Assembly: GCA_010093995.1 (NCBI GenBank)
Contig: ML992516.1
Location: 478,422-538,846 of the forward strand
DNA: 60,425 nucleotides
Reading direction: 5' to 3'
From: Elsinoe ampelina
Taxonomy: Eukaryota
Position numbers and translations under genes: made by a program. Below are positions 58,622-60,425 of this stretch, piece after piece (the first letter of the stretch is position 1; each line of letters begins with the position of its first letter). The notes beneath the pieces were generated by a model, which saw nothing but the letters and a program-made list of their open reading frames with translations, did no database searches and had not been told where the DNA came from.

Positions 58622-58800
58622 AGTGATGCTCGGTCAGGGAGGTGAGATCACCGGTGGACCAACAGGCCGTAGAAGGATGGCAGAGTCTACAAGCAGTGAA
58701 TGAAGCGGGGACAGGGTGATGAGTACAGGAACCACTGTCTTCGGTACTCATTGAAATTTACACAAGTACTCTATAGGAGTGGCTGGAATATGACCGAATG

Positions 58801-60095
58801 TTAAAGTCCGAAGTCTCTCCGAGGTACAGTAGATATATAGAATGCTCCCGCCTTCTCCTCCGCGAAAATCCTTTTCCCCATCTCCATCATTCGTTCATTG
58901 CGCAGGTCACGAAGCACTGGCCCGGCCAAGTTTTCATCGATGAGATCAAGCTTCACGAGGTGCTCAATGACCTCTATCCAGTACCTGGACGTCTTCTCCG
59001 CTCCGACCGCAGGCTTCAAGACCTCGCACCATTGCTTTGCCACATACTCGGCTATCCTCTGCGCCTCCTCGGACGCCTTGTCCGCCTCGTGAAGCTGCAT
59101 TTTGGCATCCAGGTTACCCTTCTTGACGTCCTTGACTGTCGACTTGTAGTCCTTGATCATCTGGACAATGTTGCGATGGATGTTGACTCGCTCGACGTCC
59201 CGACTTACACTGTCGGTGATGCGCTGAAAGTTATCGAGGAACCGACCTGTTGCTTTCAGCTGCCGGTAGTTCTTGGGATACAAGCGTCTTTCTCTCTCTG
59301 CACTGACGTTGCTGCCTCCTCCGAAGGTGGTGTTGGTACCGCCAAGCCAGACGTACGAGTTGGCAAGCAAGGAGTCAAAGTGCTCGCTCATTTTTGCCAG
59401 GCCTTCTTCGTGGATCAGCCGGAGGGTGTGGTAGCGCATCCTGAATTCGTGGGTGAGGTTGGTCTCCCTGCTCATCACGAGGGCCGCTGCGTCAACAAGA
59501 TCCATGAGTCGACCCGATGAGGAATGGGTGGTGTGAGCATTCAAGCGGACATATGGCTGGTATGTGTATCCAACATGACAGACATCTTTGGGTACAGTGT
59601 CGAGGTCGTGCATGTTGAATGGAGGGCGGCGGCACTTCTCGAGATATAGATTCCACGAGGCGGCCCACTCCCGGGCTGATTGCTTGTCCGTATCACTGTT
59701 GAAGTAACGCCTCTCTAGATCGCTCATCGTCTTCCTGGCGGCTGGATTAACGACGTTGTCGATGGCGCGAACAACTGCTGTGACGGCCCATGGCTGTTCT
59801 TCTACTCGCAAGATCTCTGGTGGTGGGCTTCGGCGAGTACCCGACGTGGTAGCAGGTGCTTGTTGTCCTCCTTGGGCGGCTTGTTGTCCTCCTCTGACGG
59901 CTTGTTGTCCTCCTTGTGCAGCTGCCGTGGCAGTTGTCGATGCTTGTTCCGGAGCAGTCGGGGCAGCGACCGCAGGCTGTTGGGCTTGCCATGTCGGTTT
60001 TCTGGACGCACATCAGCAAACTATGCCAAGAGCATGATGCCTAACTTGTTGTAATGGAAGGCTGGTACAGCTTCTCTGGTACTGAAGAACTGGTA
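58801..60095 (-). CDS. Orphan protein with an intact GIY-YIG-like signature and coiled coil (paralog B); 5' exon runs into the RIP zone
   Basis: Frame open from 60001 to 58801, preceded by intron 60002-60045 and a small exon ~60046-60095; HVGYT-x5-R-x3-H ... SEHFDSLL ... GGTN. Confidence 0.65.
59857..59922. repeat. 21-bp in-frame tandem repeat x3 (GGQQA-containing heptapeptide) in paralog B
   Basis: GCTTGTTGTCCTCC core repeated three times at 21-bp spacing. Confidence 0.85.
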
Positions 60096-60169
60096 CTGAT
60101 GAGTCAGCGCACGCACAGTAGATAAATCGGTTATTGTAACTCTCTGAATGAAACACACGTCTCTCGATC

Positions 60170-60425
60170 CGATTTGCTAGTTATAATAGGTTATAAGCCC
60201 GGCGCTTCTACAAAAGCACTTAAAGCTATAGCAAATTAAGCATGTCATTATTAAAAGGATTACTAAGCCGCCCACACTAAATTCTAGACTAGCTATATTA
60301 AGATAAACACTTATAGTAGCCCGTATTAACCCTTTAATTAAACGGTTTAAACGGCTTAAATAAGCTAATTACATTAATTAAATTAATAGGCCTTTAGCTA
60401 ATTACTATTATTATGTCTAGATTAG
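60170..60425. other. Start of a second AT-rich RIP-mutated block
   Basis: Abrupt GC drop and TpA enrichment as at the left edge. Confidence 0.8.

Noticed and set aside
60090..60160. CTGATGAG...GAAAC resembling a hammerhead ribozyme core
   Set aside because: No convincing stems I and III or NUH cleavage site; it is the reverse complement of an intron 3' end.
5900..60170. Starship or other giant mobile element carrying the cluster
   Set aside because: No tyrosine-recombinase captain gene or element boundaries seen, and core genes are interspersed.

Overview
Filamentous ascomycete DNA (Pezizomycotina, probably a plant-associated Dothideomycete) with ~50-nt introns. A gene-rich block of about 54 kb is bounded on both sides by AT-rich, RIP-mutated sequence (1-~5850, which contains a dead Ty3/gypsy element with one LTR, and ~60170-end). 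Housekeeping genes are La/LHP1, CTF18 and BMS1. Other genes include a BTB protein, a GST, a PL3 pectate lyase, a secreted FAD oxidoreductase and four Zn2Cys6 factors. The centre (22.3-35.6 kb) is a compact aromatic/stilbene catabolic cluster: flavin monooxygenase, Zn2Cys6 TF, stilbene-cleaving dioxygenase, gentisate 1,2-dioxygenase, TcuA-like flavoprotein, MFS transporter, DUF3237 protein and FAH-family hydrolase. Four of its five promoter regions carry a recurring CCG-N8-CCG motif. The right part holds two frameshifted genes, an interstitial TTAGGG-containing tandem repeat, three tandem F-box-like paralogs, and a tail-to-tail pair of paralogous orphan genes with a GIY-YIG-like signature that is intact in one and degenerate in the other. 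All calls come from reading the sequence by eye; no database searches were run.
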